From the NCBI GenBank assembly GCA_013239625.1, contig MU053994.1, positions 2,423,589-2,487,588 on the forward strand: DNA of 64,000 nucleotides. Reading direction: 5' to 3'. Position 1 is the stretch's first letter, and every line of letters starts with the position of its first letter. This document shows positions 48,801 to 60,205 of this stretch, one piece after another. The stretch comes from Lama guanicoe (lineage: Eukaryota). Made by a program: the position numbers and the translations under genes. The notes beneath the pieces were generated by a model. The model saw nothing but the letters and a program-made list of their open reading frames with translations. It was not told the DNA's origin and made no database searches.

Positions 48801-51800
48801 CTTTTCACTGTTGAGTATTATGTTGGCTGTGAATGTGTTGTAAATGGCTTTATTATGTTAAGATACATTCCCTCTATACCCACTTTGGTGAGAGTTTTTA
48901 TCGTGAATGGATGTTGAATTTTGTCAAATGCTTTTTCTGTGTCTATTGAGATGATCACGTGGTTTTTGTCTTTCCTTTTATTAATGCGGTGTATCATATT
49001 GATTGATTTGTGTATGTTGACCCATCCTTGTGACTCTGGAATGAATCCAGCTTGATCATGGTGTATGATTCTTTTTATATATTATTGGATTTGGTTTGCT
49101 AATATTTTGTTGAGGATTTTTGCATCTATATTCATCAAAGATATTGGCCTGTAATTTTCTTTTTTTGTGCTCTTTGGTTTTGGTACCAGGGTGATGGTGG
49201 CCTCATAGAATCAGTTGGAGAGTGCTCTTGCCTCTTCAATTTTTTCGAATAGTTTGAGAAGGATGAGTGTAAGGTCTTTGTATGTTTAGCAGAATTCGTC
49301 AGTGAAGATGTCTGTTCTTGGACTTTTGTTTGCAGGGATTTTTTATTATTGTTATTATTACAGCTTCTATTTCACTTCTAGTGATTGGTCTCTTCCAATT
49401 ATCTGTTTCCCCCTGACTCAGTTTTGGCAGGTTGTATGTTTCTAGAAACTTGTCCATTTCTTCTAGGTTGTCCAGTTTGTTGGCATATAACTGTTCATAG
49501 TATTCTCATGATATTTTTTTATTTCTGTGGTATTGGGTATTTTTTTCTTCTCTTTTATTCCTTATTTTGCTTATTCGAGTCCTCTCTCTTTTCTTTATGA
49601 GCCTAGCTAGAAGTGTGTTGATTTTGTTTATCTTTTCAAAAAACCAGCTCTTGGTTTTATTGATCTTTTCTACTGTTTTTTAAATCTCTATTTTTATTCA
49701 CTTCCTCTGATATTAATTATTTCCTCCCTTCTGCTGACCTGGGTTTTGTTTGTTCTTTTTCTAATTCTTTTAGGTGATAGGTTGGTTGGTTTATTTGCAA
49801 TTTTTCTTGTTTCTTAAGGAAGGCCCATATTGCTATGAACTTCCCTCTTAGAACTGCTTTTGCTGCATCCCATAGATTTTGTAAAGTTGTGTTTTCATTT
49901 TTGCTTATCTTGATGTATTTTCCAACGTCTTTGATTTCATCATTGACTCGTTGGTTTTTTTAGTAGCATGTCGTTTAGTCTCCACATGTTTGTTCTTTCC
50001 TCTTTTTTTCTTTCTGTAGTTGCTTTCTGGTTTCATACTGTTGTGGTCAGAAAAGATGCTTGAAATAATTTCTATTCTCTTAGATTTGTTGGGGCTTGTT
50101 GTGTGACATAGGATGTGGTCTGTCCTAGAGAATGTTCCATATGTGCTTGAAAACAATGTGTATTCTGGTTGCTGTTGGTACTGGGGGTTTTTTGCAGGGG
50201 GGGGTAGTGGTATGTAGTGTCCTGTAGATATCAAGTCCAAGTGGTCTATTGTGTCATTTAGGAACTCCGTTACCTTACTGCTTTTCTTTCTGGATGATCT
50301 GTCCATTTATGTCGGTGGGGTGTTAAAAATCTCCTACTATTACTGTGTTATTGTCAGTTTCTCTCTTTACATTTGTTAGTATTTGCTATATACATTTAGG
50401 TTCCCTATATCAGATACATATATGTTAATGAGTGTCGTATCCTCTTCTTGTATTGATCCCTTTATCATTATATGATGCCCTTCTTTGTCTTTATTTCCTT
50501 TTTAAAAAAATTTCATCTGATATGAGTATTACTACCCCCACTTTCTTGTCATTTCTATTTCCGTGAAATATCTTTTTCCATTCCTTCACCTTCAGTCTGT
50601 GTGTGTTTCTTTCACCCCGAAGTGAGTCTCTTATAGGCAGCCATGTGGAGGGTTCTTGTTTTTTTCATCCAATCTGCCACTCTATGTCTTTTGATCAGAG
50701 CATTTAGTCCACTGACATTCGAAGTAATTATTGATATGTATATACTTATTGCCATTTTAATCCCTGTTTTCCAGTTGTTTTTATAGTTCTCTGTTCATTT
50801 CTTCTTTTTGTCTTTCCTTTTGTGGTTTGATGATTTTCTTTCGTGGTATGCTTGAGTTTGTTTCTTTTTGGGTTTTGTGCATCTGTTATAAGTTTCTGAT
50901 TTGTAGTTACCATGGAGTTCAACTATATTGACCTATAACTATATCTACTTGCTTTAAACTGATAGACATTCTAAGTGACCTACATTTTTATACTCCCCTT
51001 CCCCACATTTTGTGGTTTTGATGTCCTATTTTACATCTTCCTGCTTATCCTTTTACTGTTTATTGTAGTTATAATCACTTTTGTAATTTGTAATTGTTTT
51101 TTCAATCTATATACTGGCTTATTTAAGTGATCATCAATCTTTACTATATATTTACCTTTCCTATTGTGATCTTTCCCTTTTCTATAGCTCCTGCTTCTTT
51201 TCTATTTAGAGAAGACCCTTCAATATTTCTTTTAGGGTAGGTTTAGTATTGCTAAGTTCTTTTAGTTTATGCTTGTCTGAGAAATTCTTTCTCTCTTTCT
51301 ATTCTGAATGATAATTGTGCTGGGTAGCGTATCCTACATTGCAGATTTCTCCCTTTCAGGACTTTGAATATATCATGCCACTCCTTTTCCAGCCTAAAGT
51401 TTCTGCAGAGAAATCAGCTGATAGCCTTATGGGGGTTCCCTTGTAACCGACTCTTTGTTTTTCTCTTGCTGATTTTAGAATCCTCTCTTTATCTTTAACT
51501 TTTGCCATTTTAATTATGATATTGGTGTGGGTTTGTTTGGGTTCACATCTTGTTTGGGACCCTCTGTGCTTACTATTCCTGGATATCTGTTTCCTTACCT
51601 AGGTTTGAGAAATTTTCAGCCATAATTTCTTCAAGGACATTTTTAATCCTCTTCTCTCTCTCTTCTTCTGGAACCTCTATTATGCGTAGGTTAGCACATT
51701 TTATATTACCCCATAGATCTCATATGTTGCTTTTTTTTCATTTATCTTTGTCTGCTGTTCTGATTGGGCGATTTCCATTATTCTGTCTTCCAGATCACTT

Positions 51801-53420
51801 ATTCATTCTTCTGTGTCATTGAGCCTGCTATTCATTGCCTCTTGATTGCTTTTTAACTCGGCAATTGAATTATCTATTTTTGATTGGTTCATCTTTATAG
51901 TTTCTAATTCCTTGTTACAGTAATCTGCATTTCTATCTATAATCCTTCTTAATTCAGTTAGCACTTTTATTACCACCTTTTTGAACTCAGGGTCTGGTAG
52001 ACTGGTGAGCTCTGTTTCATTATTTGTTCTTTCAGGGGATTTCTCCTGCTCTTTTAATTATTACTAGTTTCTCTGCCTTTTCATTTTACTTAGCTTTCTC
52101 TGTCTCTGCGAACTTAGGGGAAGCAGTTACCTTCTGTGGTCTTGAAGGGGTGTTTTTATGAGGGAGCATCCTTGTGTAGACTGTGTGTGTCCAGTGCCTT
52201 TGGTGTGAGGGCTGGTTTTAATACTGATGCTACCCATGTCTTTCCTCAGGATGTGCTGGCTGGTATCCCCTTAATAGGGGGTGTGGTTGGTGTTGGGGGA
52301 TATAAAGCCTGTGCGGGGTGTGAGGCGGGACTTCTGTGCTCTGTGGCTCTCATTGTCCTGTCAGGGCTGTCAGGGGTGGGGTCTGCTCCCCAGCTGTTAA
52401 AGTAGAATTGCTGGCGGTTGGGCTTGATAAGGCTCCATTGCCCTTGAATGTTTGCCCGGCCCCAAAAGAGGTCATTGCTGAAGCAAGTGATGCTCGTGTG
52501 CTCACAGAAGAACCACGCGCCATCTATGTAGGCATCCACAGCTCCACTCAGAAGCGGCCCAAGGTCACGTCCCTTCCTCTGCTGTGTTTGTCTGAGATCT
52601 AGTGGAAGCCTGTGGTGTGCAGTGGGCCGGGGCTGGGGGTGGGGCATTGTGGCGGCAGGAACTGAGGTGGCTGCACTGCTGCTGCCTGCGATCTGGGCTG
52701 CCTCTGTGGCAGTCTTCTCCCAGGACCTGTCTGTCCCAGGTCCAGCGTTAAGCTGTGGTTTGGAGTAGGTGGAGCCAAGGTGCTCTTGCTGGGAGCGCCT
52801 GAGCGCACTGACCAAGGCCATCGCCGTCCCACATGGACCGTACCCCAGGCTGGCTGTCTCTGCATAGCTAGATCGAGTCTTTTTCCAGGGCCCAGTTGGC
52901 CCAGATTATCAAGCTGTGGTGTGGAGTGAGCGGGCTTGCCCCTTCGGATTGGGAAGTGTGGTGAGGCAGCAGCCACCAGTGCATGGCTGTCTCTGCCCTA
53001 ATTGTTGGAAAGCTAGCATGCACACACTCCTTGTAAGTACAGTCTAGGCTTCTCCAGCCATTCTGTTTGTCCCAGTGGTTCTCCCAGCAGCCAAGGCGGG
53101 GCTAGTCTCCTCTGTGCAGGACCCCAGGACAGGGATGCCCAGATTGTGGCTCAACCTGCTCACTCCCCAGGGCAAAGGTCTGCCCATGTGGACCTTATCT
53201 TCCTTTCAGATTCCTCCCAGGGATGCAGGTCCTGACCCAATGCCTTTTTCCATCCTACCTGGCTACATGGAGATCTTTCTCACAGCTTTGGTTGTAGAAG
53301 AGTTCTGCCAGTTCCCAGTTAGTTTTCCATGAGAATTGTTCCACATATAGAGGTATTTTTGATGTGTTTGTGGAGGGAGGTGAGCTCCACATCCTCCTAC
53401 TCCACCACTGAACCCCTTCC
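45801..53420 (-). mobile_element. Apparently full-length, inactivated L1
   Basis: 5'UTR at about 53410-52090; ORF1 ATG at 52084 (MKRQR...PDPEFKK); ORF2 ATG at 50755 (MAISIYISIIT); EN and C-terminal remnants in ORFs 49905-50306 and 47272-47700; 3'UTR to about 45820; TSD taatctc. Confidence 0.92.
46297..47088 (-). pseudogene. CLPP: CLPP processed pseudogene with a large internal deletion
   Basis: MWPQILV...[10 protein letters not shown] (ATG at 46994), then [12 protein letters not shown]...[11 protein letters not shown]...[16 protein letters not shown] (stop at 46486); no introns; ATTAAA at 46327-46332; 14-nt poly(A) at 46297-46310. Confidence 0.95.
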
Positions 53421-53660
53421 TAATCTCCCTTTCTTAAGGTCAACCGTGCAATATGGCGCAACCTACTCATAAGAATGACATATCGGGGGAGTGGTAGAGT
53501 GGATGCTTCACATGCCTGAGGGCCAGGGTTCAATCCCCAGTACCTCCATTTTTTTTAAAAAAAAGGATGATATATCAGCATATTCATAAGTCCCTCCCAC
53601 ACTTACGGAGAGGGGATTCTGCAGAGTTCTGGGGGCTATCTCAGAATTCTGCCCGCCACA
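53421..53660 (-). mobile_element. MLT1 LTR, second part
   Basis: taatctccctttcttaaggtcaac...catattcata...ctcagaattctgcccgccaca. Confidence 0.8.
53485..53562 (+). mobile_element. Vic-1-type SINE, short form with part of the A box deleted
   Basis: gggggagtggtagag...gttcaatccccagtacctcc; TSD aagaatgacatatc/aaggatgatatatc. Confidence 0.85.
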
Positions 53661-53924
53661 CTGAGCATACCAGAAGTATCTTTTTCCCCACTTCGGTGAG
53701 GGTTTCCTTGACCACTCATTTCCAGAGTTCCATGACCATCCTGGGTATTGAAAAAGAAGATAGATCATTGTAAAATCTGCTTAAAAGGATACCTCTGGGC
53801 TGAGGCCCTGCTATTGAGAGTGTGGAATGTGTTTGCTCATCATAGCAAAGCTTTGTGATATAATCTAGGGTCCTGTTTGTTCACTACAGATTTTGATAGC
53901 CTGAGTTTCTTAAAAGGATCATTC

Positions 53925-54238
53925 GCCAGAAATAAACCAATCACAGAAATAGACATATTGTATGGTTCTACTGATCTGAGGTGTCTAGACTAGTCAGATT
54001 CATAGAAGCAGAAAGAATGGTGGTTGCCAGGGGTGGGGAGGAGAGGGGAGTTGCTGTTTGATGGGTATGGACTTTCAGTTTTGCAAGATGAAAATGTTCG
54101 GGAGATCTGTTGGCATAATAATGTGAATATACTTGACACTACTGAACTGTACACTTAAAAATGGTTAAGATAGTAAACTTTATGTTATGTGGGGTTTTTT
54201 TAACCAGAGTTACAAATAAAAATATATTTTAAAAAAGA
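53925..54238 (+). mobile_element. L1MB-like 3' end
   Basis: tggtggttgccagggg...ttcagttttgcaagatgaaaa...tgaactgtacacttaaaaatggtt. Confidence 0.85.
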
Positions 54239-54321
54239 ATCACTCCCCAAAGCTTTTTGTGATCTGAAGTAGGAAAGAGCCCTTCAAAGCAGCCTCAGAA
54301 TCAGGAAAAGTTATTAGAATG

Positions 54322-54895
54322 TTGTAGTGGATGTGGAGGATTTGCTCTCCTGACGTCCAGCCCGCCCTTTCTTCATGCCTTCCTGTACTGCAGAGCATGG
54401 AAAGCTAGGGTTCTGAGTATGAATTGGAATCTACCAATTTGATGGTCTTGTGGATGATCTGAAGGGTGGGAATGAGGCTGAGGCCACGTTCCATTGGCAA
54501 GTGTGGTCGGAGGGCCAGTGAGTTCCTGTGACAGTTTTCCAGTGCTCGACACTAGCTCCAAGAGTGTCATTTGGCAGTTGTGGCAACAGCCTATGAGTCT
54601 TCCTGATCCCTGAATCCCAGCTAAAGCATCACGCTCTTGAAGCCACCAGTTCCCATAAAGACTTCTAATTCCCCACCTTCACGGCTGAGGTCAAGGTAGA
54701 GTAGCTCCCCTGGCAGGCCAGTCGTATTGTGGCGTCATTCTGAGAGTCAGTCCTGGAGGGCGAGCCCGAAGCCTGGTTCTCCCATCCTTACAACAATTTT
54801 GCCAATACTCAATACCCTGAATTAAATCCCTTCCTGCTTGAAATAGCCGGAGTGATTTCTTTTCCTGCAACTGAACCCTGAAAGTTTGCTGTACA
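54322..54895 (+). mobile_element. Old ERVL-type LTR
   Basis: tgtagtgg start; attaaatcccttcctgcttgaaatagccggagtgatttctt...caactgaaccctga end. Confidence 0.55.
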
Positions 54896-55139
54896 TGATG
54901 ATCAGGCCAGTGGGTGTTTGGGAATTTGACCATGCCATCATGTGAAGCTTTGATGGCACCTGATGGAGGCCTCCTGTATATTGGCGATGATTCCCACCTA
55001 CTCCACTTTCACCCTAGCCCCTTATACTGGGCCTCAAACCCAGCTGGACCTCTGCTCCTGCTGGGCAATGCTCTATTTTTCTCCTTTCCCTTTTATAGCT
55101 ACTGGAAAACTCTTTCCCTCTTCTCCAGCCCCCTACCTG

Positions 55140-55655
55140 ATTGTAGCAGACCCTAAGGCTGTCCACCCAAGGCACGCCCCCCCTTCCCTGCTAACACAAC
55201 CCAATTTTGTTTGGGCAGTAGGTAAGGATCTCTTAATTTTAGGTAATATGTTTTATGATGGGTTTGTGACCCAGTCTTGGCTAATAAGGGGAAGTCTGGG
55301 AGGCTTCTGAAGAGAATGTTTCTTCCTGACAAGAGGCGAGAGTAGGGGAGTTTTCTCATTACCTGACTGTCCATGAGTTGCTCTCCTAAAACAGGCACTT
55401 GATGCCTGGAGCTATGGCAGCCATTTTGACACTACAAGGTAGCAAGGACAGGGAGAAAAAGTCAATCACTTAGGATGGCAGAGCAGAGGGGCTGACAGAA
55501 CTGGCCCCTCCACACAATCAATGAACCATGGACAGACCTTGAAACCACCTACCTCCAGACTTCTTGCCAGCTAATCAGTAAAGGCCCTTAGGATTTAAGC
55601 AACTGTTAGTTGGATTTGGGGGTACTCAAAGCCAAAAAGCCTTCCTAACTGACAC
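55140..55655 (+). mobile_element. MLT1J/K-like LTR
   Basis: tgcctggagctatggcagccattttg; cacctacctccagacttcttg; cctaactgacaca. Confidence 0.65.
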
Positions 55656-56539
55656 ATCCAGCCCATTCCTGATAACTCTCAGCAGAAGCCCTTTCCTTTG
55701 ACTTTGCAGAGAAAACGAAGTCCACTTCCTGCCCCCCACCCTCGTGACACACAAGATTTCTCCCTCCCCTCTTGTCTCATAGCTGAGGGTCTCTTATCTG
55801 ATCTGAATTCATCTCTCCCATGTGCTCTGGACACCAGCTCTTCTGCAGGGACCTAGGCAGTCATCTTTCTCTCCTGCATCTTCCATCTCCTGCCCTCCCA
55901 TGGCCCCTTTCCAACTGTGGTCTTGAGTAAGCACCCAAAACTGTGTGTCCTAGGTTGTGTGGACATGTCCCGCCCTAATCACCAGGTAACTGCTTCTCAA
56001 GGGCCCCTTCCCAATGCCCTGGGCGAGCCCCGGAGGTGAAAGAAGCAAGAGGTTAAGGGTGTGGAACTGTCCCCTGTCCCCAGAGGGAGCAGATGCCCAG
56101 GACTGGGTGTGTACTGTGGGTACTCATGCCAACGCCTGCTTTCTGCCACAAGGCTTCTTGTCCTTCTGCCTTTTCTCCTTATGTTTATTGAGAGCATATT
56201 TTCTTTATCTTTAAGGCTTTTATAGCTTTGTATCTCTGCCTCATTTTAGTATATTCTGTTGTTATGATTTATGCTGCTTTTACTGACTCTTTACCCTCAG
56301 CACATAAACATGTTTAAATTTTCCACAGCTTAAAAAAATAAAGTAAAAAACCCTTCCTTGACCCTGCGTTCTCATCCAGTTTCGGCATCCTCTCTCTCTT
56401 GCTCTCTCTTGCTCTCGCTCTCTCGCTCGCTCGCTCTCGCTCTCTCACTCCCCCTTCGCTTCCCCACGAGCTCTTTGGGAGTCATTTGCACTCACGGTGT
56501 TTCTTCACATCCCACTCAGTCCTTAACTCTCATCTCCAA

Positions 56540-56900
56540 GACCGGAAACAGCCCAGCCTTGCTTAGCACAATGGGGGTTTTATTGGCAGGATGCTGGGAA
56601 TCTCGCACGGCTGTAGGAAGAAAGGAAGGAAAGGGATGCAGCTGGGCCACCAGATCCCCTGGGATTTTTTTTTTCCTGGGGCCCCCACGCTCTCTCTACT
56701 CCCAACTTCTCTCTTTGGAATGATGTCATTCTTTCCTCCACTTTACACCCAACTGCTCCGGAGCCTTCTACCCCATGGCTCCCTTTAACTCCAGTTCGAA
56801 AGTCCCAGGGAAGAATTCTGATTGGTCCAGCCTGGGTCAGGTCTCTGCCTGGATCAGTCAGCCGCGGCCCCAGGAGGCAAAGTCCCAAAGCCGAGACTAA
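56540..56900 (-). mobile_element. Old MLT-type LTR fragment
   Basis: cccagggaagaattctgattggtccagcctgggtcagg. Confidence 0.45.
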
Positions 56901-57249
56901 ATCTCGGAGAGGGAAACTGCGAGCATGCATCTCAGCTGGCTTCTCCCTGACCAACAGCACTTGTTTGAAACTCCTCTCACATACCTGTCTGTGCCCCACC
57001 TGCACGTGCAGACCTTACCTCTTCATCCAACTGCTGGTACCCGCCGGCAGCCACGGAGCTCTGCTCTGCCCGTGTATGCAACCGGCCAGCAGTGCTGAGA
57101 TGGCGGCACCTCCAGCTGACTCACCCCTGACCCTCGAATGGAGAACCAGCCCAGCTTTCTCAAGAGGGCAAGTGTGGCCACAGAGATGCATCCCCGGGTC
57201 TCCTTCAGGGAGGGACTTACGGCCCCATTGTCAGCAGACAGCCTCCAAC

Positions 57250-57905
57250 CACTAAAACCCACCTTGTCCCAAGGCACTTCCTTCCCAGGGTAACCCGGGT
57301 CCATGACTGGTCATTTCATCCCCTGTGGGACAACTGTGACAGGCTGTACATGCTGCAGCATCTCCCAGGGGATCTGTCCAGGTTTGCCAGACCAGCTTGG
57401 CAGTCCGAGCTCTGCCCCCATCCTAGTCTCATTTTCTCCCCCTCCTTCCCCAGATGGTGTCCCTAATAACTGCCTTGCATGCTGGACTCTATTTTGGTTT
57501 CCATCTCCAGAGGACCTCACCTGTGACAGATACCCTTGAGCCGTGAGTCCCACACCATCTCCCAGAGGTCCCTGTGGGACTGAGTACCAGTTGCCCACCA
57601 TGGGAACCGGCTTGATAATGCTCTTTTTTTTAATAATGCAACTCTTTTAATATGTATTTTTATTTGTGGGGGAGGTAATTCGGTTTATTTATTTATTTAG
57701 CGGAGGTACTGGGGATTGAACCCAGGACCTTGTGCATGCTAAGCGGGCACTCTACCACTGAGCTATACCCTCCCCCTGATAATGCTCTTTTTATTGGCTG
57801 CCTTCTCTCCCCAACCCCACTTCCCTACTGCCCATAGTCTCTGAATCTCCTAAAATCTACTTGCTTGCAAGTCCTTGTCTCAGGGACAACCCAACGCTCT
57901 GACAC
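57250..57905 (+). mobile_element. Two adjacent ERVL LTR fragments (LTR33/LTR16-like)
   Basis: ccctaataactgccttgca; gagtaccagttgccca...tacttgcttgcaagtccttgtctcaggg. Confidence 0.55.
57629..57776 (-). mobile_element. Vic-1-type SINE
   Basis: Antisense tRNA-Ala-like head and tail; perfect 16-bp TSD tgataatgctcttttt at 57613-57628 and 57777-57792. Confidence 0.92.
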
Positions 57906-57949
57906 TAGGATTACTGTGAATTTTTTGTTAAATACAGAGTCCCAGCTTT

Positions 57950-58400
57950 TATCGAAGTGTATCACTGTGACCATGAGCTTTTCTTGAAATGCTTTCCTCC
58001 CTCAACTTGCTGGGTTTCCTTCCCCCTTGCTGCCCACTGCTTTGCCCCTCCCTCTTCCTCTGCCCACCCCAGGATGGCACCTTGGCTTCCTCCTACACCC
58101 AGCACATCCCAAGGGAGCTTAGTCACTCCCTTGAAGTCATCCGTCACTACCGAGGGATGACCCACACTGTCTCTTGCCCAGATCTCTTTTGAGCTCTAAA
58201 CTCAGATATCTAACTGCCTCCTGGCCATCTCTACATGGATGTCCCACCGATGCTTCAAATCAATATGGCGGAACTAAATTCATCACTTTTTTTTAAGCCA
58301 GCTTCTCGTCCTACATTCCCCTTTTCCGCAAATAACATCACTGTTGTCCTCAAAGCCAGCTAGCTGGGAGTCCCCCACCCTCCTACCCATCTCCGCACTG
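57950..58400 (+). mobile_element. L2 LINE fragment
   Basis: cagatatctaactgcctcctggccatctctacatggatgtccc...tcaaatcaatatg; similar pyrimidine-rich pieces at about 55670-55900. Confidence 0.6.
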
Positions 58401-58464
58401 CCCCATTGGCACTTGTCCTGGAGCAAACCCACTTCCGCCCCCGATCAGTCTCCCCACTCCCAGG

Positions 58465-58660
58465 CTCTGCCCTCCACTAGCCATGTGACCTTGAATAACC
58501 CATTGAATCTCTCTTTGCCTTAGTTTCTACATCCGTAAAATGGGCTATTCATAATAGTACCTAGTCTGTTAGAGTTTCTGTGAGGTTTTAAAGAAGTTGC
58601 ATATATAAAATGCTTAGGAAAATATATGGCACGTAGTATTTTCAATGATTGTTAGCTTTG
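58465..58660 (+). mobile_element. MIR SINE
   Basis: ccactagccatgtgaccttg...ccttagtttctacatccgtaaaatggg. Confidence 0.7.
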
Positions 58661-58963
58661 TGTTATTGTTTTTTGTCGTCGTTTGTTTTTATCCTTCTTA
58701 AGTTCCTCATCAATTTTCGTCTTGTACTGTAGCCACTTGTGTGCCATCTTTAAATGCCCTACTGGTTTGCAGGATTCTTGGGGGCAGTGCTGTATCTTAT
58801 CTATCTGTCTATGATCATGGTCTCCCTCCCCTCCAACTTCCTGTCAGCCACACTTCCCTTCAGATCTGGTAGCATTGGAGCAGCTAGGGGAACTTTTTTA
58901 TATCCAGAGGAAGTTGAGTTGGGGATATATTTAATTGCGGTTTAGTGGGATGTTTTGTGTGTA

Positions 58964-59195
58964 CAGTTGACCCTTGAACAACACAGGTTTGAACTGCAAG
59001 GATCCACTTACACGTGGATCTTTTTTTCAATATATATACATTCATATATATGTTTACTAGCCAAGGTTGGTTGAATCTGCAGATGTGGAATCTGTCCACG
59101 TATATGGAGGCTGAATATGGGACTTGAGCATACATGGATTTTAATATCTGCCATGGTCCTGGAACCAATCCCTGGAGAATACCAAGGAACGACTG
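58964..59195. mobile_element. MER8-like Tigger-family MITE
   Basis: cagttgacccttg...caaggaacgactg TIRs with TA on both sides. Confidence 0.85.
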
Positions 59196-59994
59196 TAGTT
59201 TTTAAATATTGCTAGCATCCCAGTGTAAGAACAACTTCCAGAAACACTCGCACCGCTCCCTGAGTTGACCCTCCAGGTGATGTAACGTGAAGACTCAGGC
59301 TCAGAGGTTGCATCTTAGTGTCAACATGTCCTGTGGTACCCAGAACCAGAAGCATATGGGTAGTAGAGGGGAGACAAGGTTTGAAAGGTATGGAGTTAGG
59401 AGCTACGCTGTGGAAAACTCTTCCAACCATCAGATGAAAATTTGTAAGGTTAAAGATAGTTTTTATTAATCCCTAGACAAAGGGAATTCTCTCCTGTCAT
59501 GAATATATTCAGCAATGCAATATATACAATTATGAATGCACCATAATTTTTTTCCCTTTCTCATTGAATGTACATGGAATAGAATTTATCAGAATTCTTG
59601 GAGGGCCCAAACCTAGAGCAAGTACAACAAAATGGGAGAAGATCTGTATGTGAAGTCGCATGTTTTATCCACCCCAGTGAGTTGGACCACATCTTAGAGT
59701 ATCTAATGCCTCTTATTCTGACGAAGGCTGACAGTTCCAGGTGAAACGGCACGCAAAATTGCCACTGACACAGCAAAATATCCTAAAGAAAGATATTTAT
59801 CAACGAGTCAATTTTTATGCCATAAGAAAAATTCGATTACATAATTATGTAGCCCAATACAATGTAGTGGCAGTTTAAGAAGGCATTTAAATTGTTCTTG
59901 CATGCCTTCATTTCAGATTAACTTTCTATATTTTTTCAGAATTATTGATCAAACCAAAAATCAATCAATAAAAATGCAGCCCCATATTGCCAGA

Positions 59995-60205
59995 TAAAAA
60001 GCACTACAACAGAGGTGGGTTAGGCAGTTAATAAAAACATTATGTTACATTGTCTGGATTTTGTGATGTTTAGACATTTGTCCACTCTTGAAAATCCAGA
60101 ATTTCCTGTGATTTCTTGGCGGACCTAATTTTGTACCTGTAATCTTATGTTCTTTGACTTAAAGAGGGACCCCAAAATTGTATGAGCTTCAGGCCCCACA
60201 ACCGG
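59995..60205 (-). mobile_element. Ancient hAT-Tip100 fragment (MamTip2-like)
   Basis: ttaaagagggaccccaaaattgtatgagcttcaggccccacaa; tctggattttgtgatgttt. Confidence 0.55.

Noticed and set aside
57700..57776. tRNA-Ala(AGC) gene, and the similar heads at 9565, 19520, 30798 and 53485
   Set aside because: Extra 5' G leader, SINE tails, TSDs and stem mismatches show these are SINEs.
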